DNA of 64,000 nucleotides from an uncultured virus (IMG/VR IMGVR_UViG_3300032220_001209) (IMGVR_UViG_3300032220_001209), one strand, 5' to 3'. Counted from the first letter of the stretch, positions 51,973 through 60,400 are shown. Notes: generated by a model not told the origin, from the sequence alone. Numbers and translations: made by a program.

Positions 51973-52181
51973 AATATAAAAACCCTGTAAAACAAACTGA
52001 ATTTGTGAAACGTCCAAATGTGAAACAAACCGTTGAAAAAGTACGCTCACGAGATGTTAAATGTTTTGGAAACGATGAATGGGGAGGACATCCTACAGTG
52101 TTTTACAGCATAGACGAGACCAACGAAGTTACCTGCGGTTACTGCGATAAAAAATTTATATATGAGGGAGAAGATGCGTAA
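51969..52181 (+). CDS. zf-CHCC zinc-finger protein
   Basis: C.G...GGHPTVF...CGYC. Confidence 0.8.
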   Translation: MKYKNPVKQTEFVKRPNVKQTVEKVRSRDVKCFGNDEWGGHPTVFYSIDETNEVTCGYCDKKFIYEGEDA

Positions 52182-52446
52182 ACTGATTGATGGCACAGAA
52201 GCATCTGAATTGAACGAACCAATTTCGTTGATTATTAAAACAAAATGTCCCAAAAAATATTTACTGTTGGATCTTGAAACAGATGAAACCTATCGCGGCA
52301 CAGACAACAATCAACCAGGATCACACTGGACAAAAATAGACAACTCTTTTGTGAATGAATTTAAAAAATTAAATCCTAAGCCTGCTGCCACAGCAGTTAA
52401 TGTGCAAGAAATTTTAGATGCTGTGGATGCTTTGTTAAAACTTTAG
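52174..52446 (+). CDS. hypothetical protein
   Basis: TKCPKKY.L.DLET motif; overlaps the upstream stop codon. Confidence 0.55.
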   Translation: MRKLIDGTEASELNEPISLIIKTKCPKKYLLLDLETDETYRGTDNNQPGSHWTKIDNSFVNEFKKLNPKPAATAVNVQEILDAVDALLKL

Positions 52447-52814
52447 CTTTTGGGTTTTCTTACCCATTGCACTGATTTACGTTTGGTTCTTTTCACTGCT
52501 AGATTATAGAGATTTACTGTGGGACCTATCACTATTCTTACATCTTTGGTGTTCATCATCATCAAAATACCTTTGAAATATTCTATTTCTCTACGTAAGA
52601 AGATGCCTATGGGAATCATTCTATTGCTTTCCCACCACCATGATTCGCACAGATCCAAGAATTGTTTCTTTTCTTCGTCCGTGTGTATCTGAGTGTAAAT
52701 GTACATGCTGGTGATGTTATGATCTTGATTGTTGATTACGCCCACATATTCTTTGTCGCCATAGTTGACCACACTGATAAAAGGGAAGTTTTCTTCTATA
52801 TCTTTACGTAACAT
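52443..52814 (-). CDS. hypothetical protein
   Basis: WWWESNRMIPI motif; SD AGGA. Confidence 0.6.
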   Translation of the reverse strand: MLRKDIEENFPFISVVNYGDKEYVGVINNQDHNITSMYIYTQIHTDEEKKQFLDLCESWWWESNRMIPIGIFLRREIEYFKGILMMMNTKDVRIVIGPTVNLYNLAVKRTKRKSVQWVRKPKS

Positions 52815-52819
52815 TTTCC

Positions 52820-52827
52820 TATAAATA
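52820..52827 (+). promoter_or_regulatory. T4-type late promoter TATAAATA
   Basis: Perfect consensus upstream of the 52853 ORF. Confidence 0.7.
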
Positions 52828-52852
52828 CATCATAAATTGAGATTATACAACT

Positions 52853-53650
52853 ATGCAGCTAATTTACCGATATTTAGTAAATAACAAAGTGCTTCTGACA
52901 GTGGATCTGGCAGGAGAAATAACGGAGTATAAGTCAGTGTATCAAAGAAACATTAAAATTTACAGGGGCATAGACAATTTAATCACATTTCAGCTCAACA
53001 ATGCTGATCAGAAAGCTATCTCTATTGATACTGAGTACACTCCTACTTTTTACATGTATGATGAAAACAACACTTTAGTGGTGACCAAACAGGGCACTAT
53101 CATTGAAACCCAAGACAGTTCAGTGTACACCAACAAAGGTCAATTCACAATCACTCTAACAGAAAATGATCTATTAGATTTAAAATCACAATATCTCAGT
53201 TACAGTGTATGGTTGACCAACAATACAGACAACACCAGAACACTCACTTATGCCAATACTCATTTTGAAAACAAAGGCGTGATATTCCTAGACCATACAG
53301 CATTTCCAGGTCCTCTCAATTCTTATTCAGTCACCCAGTTCAGCGAAACAGGAGTGGGCACTGATATCTATGTGTCAGAAACTATTAGTGGACAACCTAG
53401 TATTAATGGCAACGCCGCATTGCACACTGCTGCCATATACAACAATGATTCCACAGCCACTCTCACAGTGCAGGGCACTTTGGACAACACAGTAACCAAC
53501 AGCACTGATTGGGCTGATATTACCACTGTGTCTCTCGCATCCACAGACGAAATCAAATATGCCAATTTCAATGGTGTGTTCAATCACATCAGATTCAAAT
53601 TTGATCCTACCAATTCTGGAACTATTTCAAAAATACTAGTACGCAATTAA
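52853..53650 (+). CDS. probable virion structural protein
   Basis: T/N-rich beta composition; late promoter upstream. Confidence 0.5.
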   Translation: MQLIYRYLVNNKVLLTVDLAGEITEYKSVYQRNIKIYRGIDNLITFQLNNADQKAISIDTEYTPTFYMYDENNTLVVTKQGTIIETQDSSVYTNKGQFTITLTENDLLDLKSQYLSYSVWLTNNTDNTRTLTYANTHFENKGVIFLDHTAFPGPLNSYSVTQFSETGVGTDIYVSETISGQPSINGNAALHTAAIYNNDSTATLTVQGTLDNTVTNSTDWADITTVSLASTDEIKYANFNGVFNHIRFKFDPTNSGTISKILVRN

Positions 53651-53679
53651 TTGACTTTTGCCAAACCATAAGTTATAAT
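53651..53679 (+). promoter_or_regulatory. sigma70-type promoter
   Basis: TTGACT-17nt-TATAAT. Confidence 0.8.
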
Positions 53680-53685
53680 AGCACA

Positions 53686-54690
53686 ATGAGTATTGTGTTT
53701 GATACAGTTGTTCAATATCTTCCGGCCAAAAGAAAACAGACTCCCAGCGGATGGTTGTCTTTCAATGCTCCTTGCTGTCAGCACAATGGCACCACAGCAG
53801 ACACTCGGAGTAGAGCAGGTCTGATACAGAACGCTGACCAAGGCTTGAGTTATCACTGTTTTAATTGTGGCTACAAAGCCAGTTGGGTAGCAGGAAGAAA
53901 TCTCACTTTCAAATTGAAACGTCTTATGCAGTGGTTGAACATGCCTGATGATGTGATCACAAAACTGGCACTAAATGTTCTACAACAGACAGATGAAAAA
54001 AGTATTCATAAAAATCTTTCACAATTTCCTAAATTTAAAACTGTGGAATTACCCAAACGTTCCAAAACAATCTTTGAATGGCACAAAGACTTTGAACAAC
54101 GCAATGTGGAACCAGATTCAAACTATATTAAAGTTTTAGAATACATCAACGGTAGAAATCTCAACATCAACGATTATGATTTTTATTGGACTCCTGAGAT
54201 GGGTTATAGAGATCGTATGATTGTGCCTTTTTATTATCAAGACAAGGTAGTAGGTTGGACTGCAAGAAAAATTGTGGATGACAAAGTAAAATATCTATCT
54301 GAACAGCAACCAGGATATGTGTTTAATTTAGACGCACAGGATGATGATAGATTATTTGTGATAGCAGTGGAAGGTCCTATTGATGCAATATTACTGGATG
54401 GTGTAGCGTTCTTAGGCAGCGAAGTAAAACAACAACAGAGTATGTTAATCAAAAGTTTAAATAAAAAAATTATTGTGGTACCAGATAGAGATTCAGCAGG
54501 TGAAAAGTTGATCTATGATGCTATGGATTTAGGATGGAGTGTGAGTATGCCTGAATGGGATCAGGATGTCAAAGACATCAATGATGCTGTTATTAAATAT
54601 GGTAGACTGCACACTTTATATTCAATAGTGAAGCATGCTGAAAATCAAGAACTAAAAATAAAACTGAGGATGAAAAAATGGCTGTCATAA
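53686..54690 (+). CDS. DNA primase (gp61-like)
   Basis: PCC..YHCFNC Zn finger; VEGPIDA, PDRD, KDIND TOPRIM motifs. Confidence 0.88.
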   Translation: MSIVFDTVVQYLPAKRKQTPSGWLSFNAPCCQHNGTTADTRSRAGLIQNADQGLSYHCFNCGYKASWVAGRNLTFKLKRLMQWLNMPDDVITKLALNVLQQTDEKSIHKNLSQFPKFKTVELPKRSKTIFEWHKDFEQRNVEPDSNYIKVLEYINGRNLNINDYDFYWTPEMGYRDRMIVPFYYQDKVVGWTARKIVDDKVKYLSEQQPGYVFNLDAQDDDRLFVIAVEGPIDAILLDGVAFLGSEVKQQQSMLIKSLNKKIIVVPDRDSAGEKLIYDAMDLGWSVSMPEWDQDVKDINDAVIKYGRLHTLYSIVKHAENQELKIKLRMKKWLS

Positions 54691-54800
54691 AAACAATATT
54701 AAGATTTATATTTGCTCCTGTGATCAAATATTACCAATACAGACAATACAAAAAGAAAGTGAAAGAATTACAAAAGAGAGATCCTTTCATCTACAAATAA
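54678..54800 (+). CDS. 40-aa peptide ending RDPFIYK (not in ORF track)
   Basis: MAVIKTILRFIFAPVIKYYQYRQYKKKVKELQKRDPFIYK*; fills the primase-carbamoyltransferase gap. Confidence 0.6.
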   Translation: MAVIKTILRFIFAPVIKYYQYRQYKKKVKELQKRDPFIYK

Positions 54801-54801
54801 A

Positions 54802-55797
54802 ATGATAATTTGGGGAATCACTGCTAACAATCACGATGCTAGTATTGCCGTTTTTGAATACAAAGTAGCAGGATTAACCAACAATAAAAAACTTAAATTA
54901 CTTTGGGCTGGTTTAACCAGAGATTTTTCTGATGTGCCCAATGATCCGGATCTTAATAGAAGAATCATTGAGTTTTTAAAAAATCAATTTGGCACTCCTA
55001 CAGAGATAGTATTTTATGAAAAACCTATTTTAAAAAGTTTAAGACAACTGTGGGCTGGTCAAGGATTCAAGTTTGGAGAAAACAATATTAAAAACTATTT
55101 GAAAAAATACGGTTTGAATGTGCCTATCAAATACACCAAACATCACGAAAGTCATGCTGCCTATGGATATTACACCAGCGGATTAAAAAATGCTGTGATC
55201 ATTGTGTTGGACAGTATAGGAGAATTTGAAACCATTAGTATTTGGTCTGGTTTGGGAAATAAAATTCAAAAAAGATATTCTCAATCATATCCTCACAGTG
55301 TGGGATTATTTTACAGTGCTATGGCACAACGATGTGGTTTTCAAGCCAATGCTGAAGAAAACAAATTGGAACAATTGGCCAAACAAGGAGATTGGAAAGT
55401 ATTATACAATTTGTTCAACGAAGAACTAATCAAAAACAGAATGCCGTTTGAAACTCACATTAATTTACATCGTGGATGTCGTTGGTGGAGACCAGAATTA
55501 AATTCTGAAAATGATATTGCTAATATTGCTGCTACCACCCAAAAAATATTTGAAGAAGTTATTTTGGAACATTGCAGTTGGGCTAGAATGTTTGTCCAAA
55601 GTAGAAATTTAATTTTGGTTGGTGGATGTGCTTTGAATCGAACGGCCACAGATAAAATCAAAAATTTATGGAACAGTTTTTGGGTGCCAAAAAATCCAGG
55701 TGATCCAGGATCATGTGTGGGTGCTGTGCTTGCCCGATATGAGAAACACATTGACTTTAATGAAAAATTATGGTATAATAAGAGTTGGAAATTTTAA
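54802..55797 (+). CDS. carbamoyltransferase (NodU/CmcH) N-terminal domain only
   Basis: HDAS, HHESHAA..YYTS, DSIGE, SVGLFY, GGCALN, PGDPG. Confidence 0.85.
   Translation: MIIWGITANNHDASIAVFEYKVAGLTNNKKLKLLWAGLTRDFSDVPNDPDLNRRIIEFLKNQFGTPTEIVFYEKPILKSLRQLWAGQGFKFGENNIKNYLKKYGLNVPIKYTKHHESHAAYGYYTSGLKNAVIIVLDSIGEFETISIWSGLGNKIQKRYSQSYPHSVGLFYSAMAQRCGFQANAEENKLEQLAKQGDWKVLYNLFNEELIKNRMPFETHINLHRGCRWWRPELNSENDIANIAATTQKIFEEVILEHCSWARMFVQSRNLILVGGCALNRTATDKIKNLWNSFWVPKNPGDPGSCVGAVLARYEKHIDFNEKLWYNKSWKF
55751..55779 (+). promoter_or_regulatory. sigma70-type promoter
   Basis: TTGACT-17nt-TATAAT upstream of the helicase. Confidence 0.75.
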
Positions 55798-55799
55798 AT

Positions 55800-57248
55800 A
55801 TGCCTGACGATATTAAACAAAACACAGACTATGGATATGATATACAGAAAGTATATCTAGAAATGATGCTGAGTGATGCACAAACATTTGTGCGTTGTCA
55901 AAACATATTTGATCACACTCTGTTTGATCGCAGACTTCAAACAGCAGCAGAATTCATTTACAATTATGTGAGCAAGTATAATGCATTGCCCACAGAAGAA
56001 ATGGTAAATTCCAGTTGCAAAACTGAATTAAAAGTTCCCAGCAATCTTAATGAACAACACTTTGATTGGTTGTTGGATGATTTTGAAACATTTATTAGAC
56101 ACAAAGGATTAGAACGTGCTATATTAAAATCAGCAGACATGTTGGAAAAAGGTGAATATGGTCCTGTGGAGGATTTGGTTAAGAAAGCAGTGCAAGTAGG
56201 ATTGAACAAAGACTTAGGAATCAACTATTGGGAAGATCCCAAAGGTAGATTAAAATCACTCAAAGATAACAATGGTCAGGTCAGCACTGGTTGGAAAACA
56301 TTGGATAAGAAATTGTTTGGTGGATTCAACAGAGGTGAGTTGAATATATTTGCTGGAGGATCAGGAGCAGGTAAATCTTTATTCTTAGCCAACCTAGGTT
56401 GTAACTGGGCATTGTCTGGATTGAATGTGCTGTATTTAACTTTTGAATTGGGAGAAGGATTGGTAGCAATGAGATTGGACAGTATGATGACCAATATACC
56501 TTCTAGAGAAATTTTTAAAGATTTGGATGGTGTGGAAATGAAAGTTAAATTGTTAGGTAAAAAGTCTGGCAGTTTTCAAATCAAATACATGTCTAGTGGT
56601 AAGAATGCCAACGATATTAGAAGTTATATCAAAGAATTTGAAATTAAAAACAATAAAAAATTTGATGTGATATTGGTGGATTATTTGGATCTTATGATGC
56701 CAATCAGTAGAAAAGTTAGCCCCAGTGATTTGTTTGTTAAAGATAAATTTGTATCGGAAGAATTGAGAAATTTGTCCATGGACTTACAAACTATATTTGT
56801 AACAGCTTCTCAATTGAACAGAGGTGCTGTGGAAGAGATTGAATTTGATCATTCACACATAGCTGGTGGATTATCCAAAATACAAACAGCAGACAATGTG
56901 TTTGGTATATTCACATCCAGAGCAATGAGAGAACGTGGTAGATATCAAATACAATTGATGAAAACTAGATCATCCAGCGGTGTAGGTCAAAAGATTGATT
57001 TAGAATTTGATCTTGATTCTTTAAGAATTAGAGACTTGCCAGAAGACGAAGAATATAAAGAATTTGACAATAGAAAATCCAAAATATTTGACACATTAAA
57101 AAAGACCAGCACAGTGACAGATGAAATTCAATCTGAATCAATGCCTGTAGATCCCACACAAGGAGTTAATATCACTAAAACCAAAGTGGAAGCAGACTCT
57201 ACCAAACTGAGACAATTTCTAAATAATTTAGGACAAGACAAAGAATAA
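55800..57248 (+). CDS. replicative DnaB-like helicase (gp41-like)
   Basis: STGW, GGSGAGKS, VDYLDL, TASQLNR, KTR. Confidence 0.92.
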   Translation: MPDDIKQNTDYGYDIQKVYLEMMLSDAQTFVRCQNIFDHTLFDRRLQTAAEFIYNYVSKYNALPTEEMVNSSCKTELKVPSNLNEQHFDWLLDDFETFIRHKGLERAILKSADMLEKGEYGPVEDLVKKAVQVGLNKDLGINYWEDPKGRLKSLKDNNGQVSTGWKTLDKKLFGGFNRGELNIFAGGSGAGKSLFLANLGCNWALSGLNVLYLTFELGEGLVAMRLDSMMTNIPSREIFKDLDGVEMKVKLLGKKSGSFQIKYMSSGKNANDIRSYIKEFEIKNNKKFDVILVDYLDLMMPISRKVSPSDLFVKDKFVSEELRNLSMDLQTIFVTASQLNRGAVEEIEFDHSHIAGGLSKIQTADNVFGIFTSRAMRERGRYQIQLMKTRSSSGVGQKIDLEFDLDSLRIRDLPEDEEYKEFDNRKSKIFDTLKKTSTVTDEIQSESMPVDPTQGVNITKTKVEADSTKLRQFLNNLGQDKE

Positions 57249-57251
57249 TAC

Positions 57252-57277
57252 CTGCGCAGAAGTTGAATCTGCGCAGA
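57252..57277. terminator. inverted repeat between convergent genes
   Basis: CTGCGCAGA-agttgaa-TCTGCGCAG. Confidence 0.55.
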
Positions 57278-57330
57278 TATTGATGGCTGACTTCAGAATG
57301 AAGCAGACATTGATTGATGTTGGGTTTATA

Positions 57331-57444
57331 TTATTTGTTGATTACAACTTTTTTTACAATCACCTTAACACTTACTACCTTGCTGGAAATAAATTGTTTG
57401 ATTGTGTCAATCACCCCTGTGATTGTATTGATGATAGCCTTCAT
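57331..57444 (-). CDS. 37-aa cationic amphipathic peptide (not in ORF track)
   Basis: MKAIINTITGVIDTIKQFISSKVVSVKVIVKKVVINK*; SD GGGAGA; TATAAATA at 57498-57505 on the minus strand. Confidence 0.7.
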   Translation of the reverse strand: MKAIINTITGVIDTIKQFISSKVVSVKVIVKKVVINK

Positions 57445-57621
57445 AGCCTATTCTCCCTTGTTTGAGTTAAGACATCATTCTGTGAATGATGACTAGATAT
57501 TTATAAATCAGAATGTAAATGTAAAACGCTCTTAGATTAAATTGCACGCAGTGCCAGCGCAGAAAAAACTGCAGTTAATTTACTTGCCGCTCGACGGCAT
57601 GCAGCACGATTTTTTTTTGAT

Positions 57622-58161
57622 TTAAACTACTGTGTAATTGTATGTGATCACAATGCGCTTCTCATTCTCTATGGGAGACTGACTGCTGTGAAAATGTGTG
57701 CCGTCAAAAGAGTGCCAACTGTTGGCCACTGGTGACACAGATTCCATCACAGTGTATTTGGCAGATTCACTGCGCTCGTTGTAGATCAATGTGTCACCAT
57801 CTGAATCCACCACATAGAACAGTCCGGTTCGGTGTGGACGTCCATCATCTATGTGTGGGTCATGTGTGACGCGATAGGGAGTGCGTGTGACCATGCCCAA
57901 ACGTATGCGATACAATTGATTCAACTGTTGACCTTCTGCATCCAGTGCAGCACTCAGCACAGCAAAAGCAGTGTCGAACAGATTGCTCACAGGTCCTGAA
58001 TCATCTTTGAAAATCAAATGGCTGAAACTGCCCACGTATTCACCTTTGTCGGTGGGCAGAGCTGTGTGACTGAGATAGTACCAATTCACTGAAGGACCTG
58101 CCAACTGTTGCTGAGTCAATTTCAAAAAGTTTGGTCCCAATACATTGATCAAATGCGCCAT
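57622..58161 (-). CDS. 2OG-Fe(II) oxygenase-like protein
   Basis: PHID (HxD), DSDGDT, FDG..FHSS..P...R...N. Confidence 0.75.
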   Translation of the reverse strand: MAHLINVLGPNFLKLTQQQLAGPSVNWYYLSHTALPTDKGEYVGSFSHLIFKDDSGPVSNLFDTAFAVLSAALDAEGQQLNQLYRIRLGMVTRTPYRVTHDPHIDDGRPHRTGLFYVVDSDGDTLIYNERSESAKYTVMESVSPVANSWHSFDGTHFHSSQSPIENEKRIVITYNYTVV

Positions 58162-58265
58162 GCAAATACTTATGGTTTTGGGTGGTTCACTCTGATATTT
58201 TTGACTGTGTGTGCAAAGGAGTGTGCTGTGGCATAGACCCCTTTAAAAAGACGTCTGTGTGGGAA

Positions 58266-59201
58266 TTACTGGGTGTTTTTTGGGGGGTTTTGGGTGGTGT
58301 GTGCCCACAGTTTTTGCACCACTTGATTCACACATGTTTTCCAATCTTTCACTGCGGATTCTGCATCTGCCTGCCACCAAATATCTTGATCCCACCAGCC
58401 TGCTTGTATTCTCACTGTGTGATTGTTCACCTGAGCCACCACTCCTGCTGCTGTGTCACAATCGCCATTGATGCCAGCCAACACTGCTCGCTCACACCAC
58501 AACTCCACTGTCTCTTTGGGCAGCAGCAGTGGTTGCCATAAATCCCAACTTCTTTGATCTCGCTCTCTGATTTGAACCACCACACAACCAGCACCTGCTG
58601 CTGGCAGCATCAGTTGAGGATCCAAACACCAGTGTTGACCACTCCAAGTGGGATGATTCCAATTGTTCACAGTGTCCAACAGATGCAATCTCTGCACAGC
58701 ACACTCCGCCATGATGATGGCAGAATATTCGCCATTGATTAATTTTTTTAATCGTGTGCCAATGTTGCCTCTCAATGTGACCACATCCACGTCTGGTCGC
58801 AACAATTTGAATTGTGCAGCACGACGAGCACTGCTGGTACCCACTCTGCTGTAACTGGGAATTTGTGAGATGTGACCGTATGCACTCAACACACAATCTC
58901 TGCGATCACCTCTCTGCCACACACAGCCCAACAGTGTGGTGCCTGGTTCAATTTGCGTGGGCACATCTTTGGCACTGTGAACCACACAGTCCACTTCACC
59001 TGCCAACAGTGCTTGTTCTAACTCTCTGCAGAATGCACCTTTGCCTCCCACTTCACTCAAGGGTCGATCCAGCACACGATCTCCGGTGCTGATAATCTGA
59101 CGAATTGATGTGGGAATTTGTAAACCTTGCAAGGCCCACTGTGTTTGCACCATGGCCAGGTCTGACTGACGACTGCCCACAGTGTACACAGAATTTTTCA
59201 T
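58266..59201 (-). CDS. hemC: hydroxymethylbilane synthase (porphobilinogen deaminase)
   Basis: GSRQSDLA, TGD..GGKGAF..ELE, VHSAKDVP, GTSSARR, LRGNIGTRL, ER...GDC (cofactor Cys). Confidence 0.92.
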   Translation of the reverse strand: MKNSVYTVGSRQSDLAMVQTQWALQGLQIPTSIRQIISTGDRVLDRPLSEVGGKGAFCRELEQALLAGEVDCVVHSAKDVPTQIEPGTTLLGCVWQRGDRRDCVLSAYGHISQIPSYSRVGTSSARRAAQFKLLRPDVDVVTLRGNIGTRLKKLINGEYSAIIMAECAVQRLHLLDTVNNWNHPTWSGQHWCLDPQLMLPAAGAGCVVVQIRERDQRSWDLWQPLLLPKETVELWCERAVLAGINGDCDTAAGVVAQVNNHTVRIQAGWWDQDIWWQADAESAVKDWKTCVNQVVQKLWAHTTQNPPKNTQ

Positions 59202-59207
59202 GATAGA

Positions 59208-59462
59208 TTAACGTCTACCCAACTTGCCTTTTTTCTTAGGTTTTTTATCCAATCCTAATTTTCTTTTGCGACCAATAGGCAAACTCATCCAGTAGCTCAT
59301 GGGTTCACCACGTTTGGTCTGATAGGTTACTTGAACATCAGGCACTTTGACTTTGGCTTGAAATTGTTTCACTGCTCTCTTCCAACTGGTAGCATCGATG
59401 GAATCTTTTTTGACTGAACCTTCTTCAAGGTAATCAAATTGATATGTTTTCATTTTTGGCAT
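59208..59462 (-). CDS. small basic hypothetical protein
   Basis: K/R-rich ORF with SD AAGGA. Confidence 0.6.
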   Translation of the reverse strand: MPKMKTYQFDYLEEGSVKKDSIDATSWKRAVKQFQAKVKVPDVQVTYQTKRGEPMSYWMSLPIGRKRKLGLDKKPKKKGKLGRR

Positions 59463-59533
59463 TATTGAATCCTTTGTTTTTGAATATTTATGTATTATAT
59501 TTTACACTAATTAAAATTTGATAAGTACAAGTG

Positions 59534-60004
59534 ATGGCTATTTTATATCAATTACGCTGCTCTAATCAACATCAATTTGAAGGTTGGTTTCCCAGCATAG
59601 CACAATTTGACACACAAAAAGAAAAAGGACAATTGCAATGTCCCATGTGCGGTATCAAAGAAGTGGATCGTGCCATCATGGCTCCTATGTTGGGTAAAAA
59701 TAAAAAAACCAAAACCAAAAAACTCACACGTCAAGAACGCTTGGATGCATTAAAAGATCAAGTGCAGTCTCCCACAGAAATGATGATGGGCACTCGAGTC
59801 AAAGAAATGATGCGTACCATACGTGATCATGTCAAACGTGAATATGAATTTGTGGGTGATCGCTTTGTGAAAGAAGTTAAAAAATACGAACATGGTGAAC
59901 GTGATGATCGTTTTTATGGAACTCCTAGCGAGGAAGAAGCACGCAAATTGATAGAAGAAGGTGTGGATCTGTTTGTGGTGCCTGATGTTAAGGACGATGC
60001 CTAA
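59534..60004 (+). CDS. DUF1178 family protein
   Basis: Y.L.C...H.FEGWF, CPMCG..V.RAIMAP, VGDRF..E. Confidence 0.85.
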   Translation: MAILYQLRCSNQHQFEGWFPSIAQFDTQKEKGQLQCPMCGIKEVDRAIMAPMLGKNKKTKTKKLTRQERLDALKDQVQSPTEMMMGTRVKEMMRTIRDHVKREYEFVGDRFVKEVKKYEHGERDDRFYGTPSEEEARKLIEEGVDLFVVPDVKDDA

Positions 60005-60063
60005 ACACATTAAGTGCAAATATAATAAATTTTTTAAGTGATCTATTCACGATAAATAATTGC

Positions 60064-60255
60064 ATGCACACACACGGATACAACGATAAAATTGGGCCCA
60101 ACGCTGGCAATTTCCAAGAATACACCTACGAATTGGAATGGATAGAATGTGTGTGGAACAACACCTATCAGATCACAGACATGGTCACTGCCTACTGGTA
60201 TCCATGGATACGCAATGCTGTGCTGGAGTCAATACCTCACACCAATTTAAATTAA
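60064..60255 (+). CDS. hypothetical protein
   Basis: GATAAATA 5 nt upstream of the ATG. Confidence 0.55.
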   Translation: MHTHGYNDKIGPNAGNFQEYTYELEWIECVWNNTYQITDMVTAYWYPWIRNAVLESIPHTNLN

Positions 60256-60258
60256 TTT

Positions 60259-60399
60259 ATGATAGAATGTGTTTGTTCTAAGTGCTTTTGTGAACACCAT
60301 TGTGAACAAGATTGTGCTGAATGTCAAAGATGTGACACATGTGATTGTGAACACTGTGAAAAAGATAAAGAAAACAAATCAGACATCTATCTAACCTAA
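60259..60399 (+). CDS. metallothionein-like Cys-rich protein (46 aa; not in ORF track)
   Basis: MIECVCSKCFCEHHCEQDCAECQRCDTCDCEHCEK...; 11 Cys and 3 His. Confidence 0.7.
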   Translation: MIECVCSKCFCEHHCEQDCAECQRCDTCDCEHCEKDKENKSDIYLT

Positions 60400-60400
60400 A

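Noticed and set aside
57280..57496. Plus-strand ORFs 57280-57465 and 57314-57496
   Set aside because: TTG starts with no SD; the minus-strand ORF has a promoter, SD and ATG
58182..59092. Multiple ORFs antisense to or out of frame with hemC
   Set aside because: Shadow ORFs of a GC-richer gene; the same applies to most short antisense ORFs in the track
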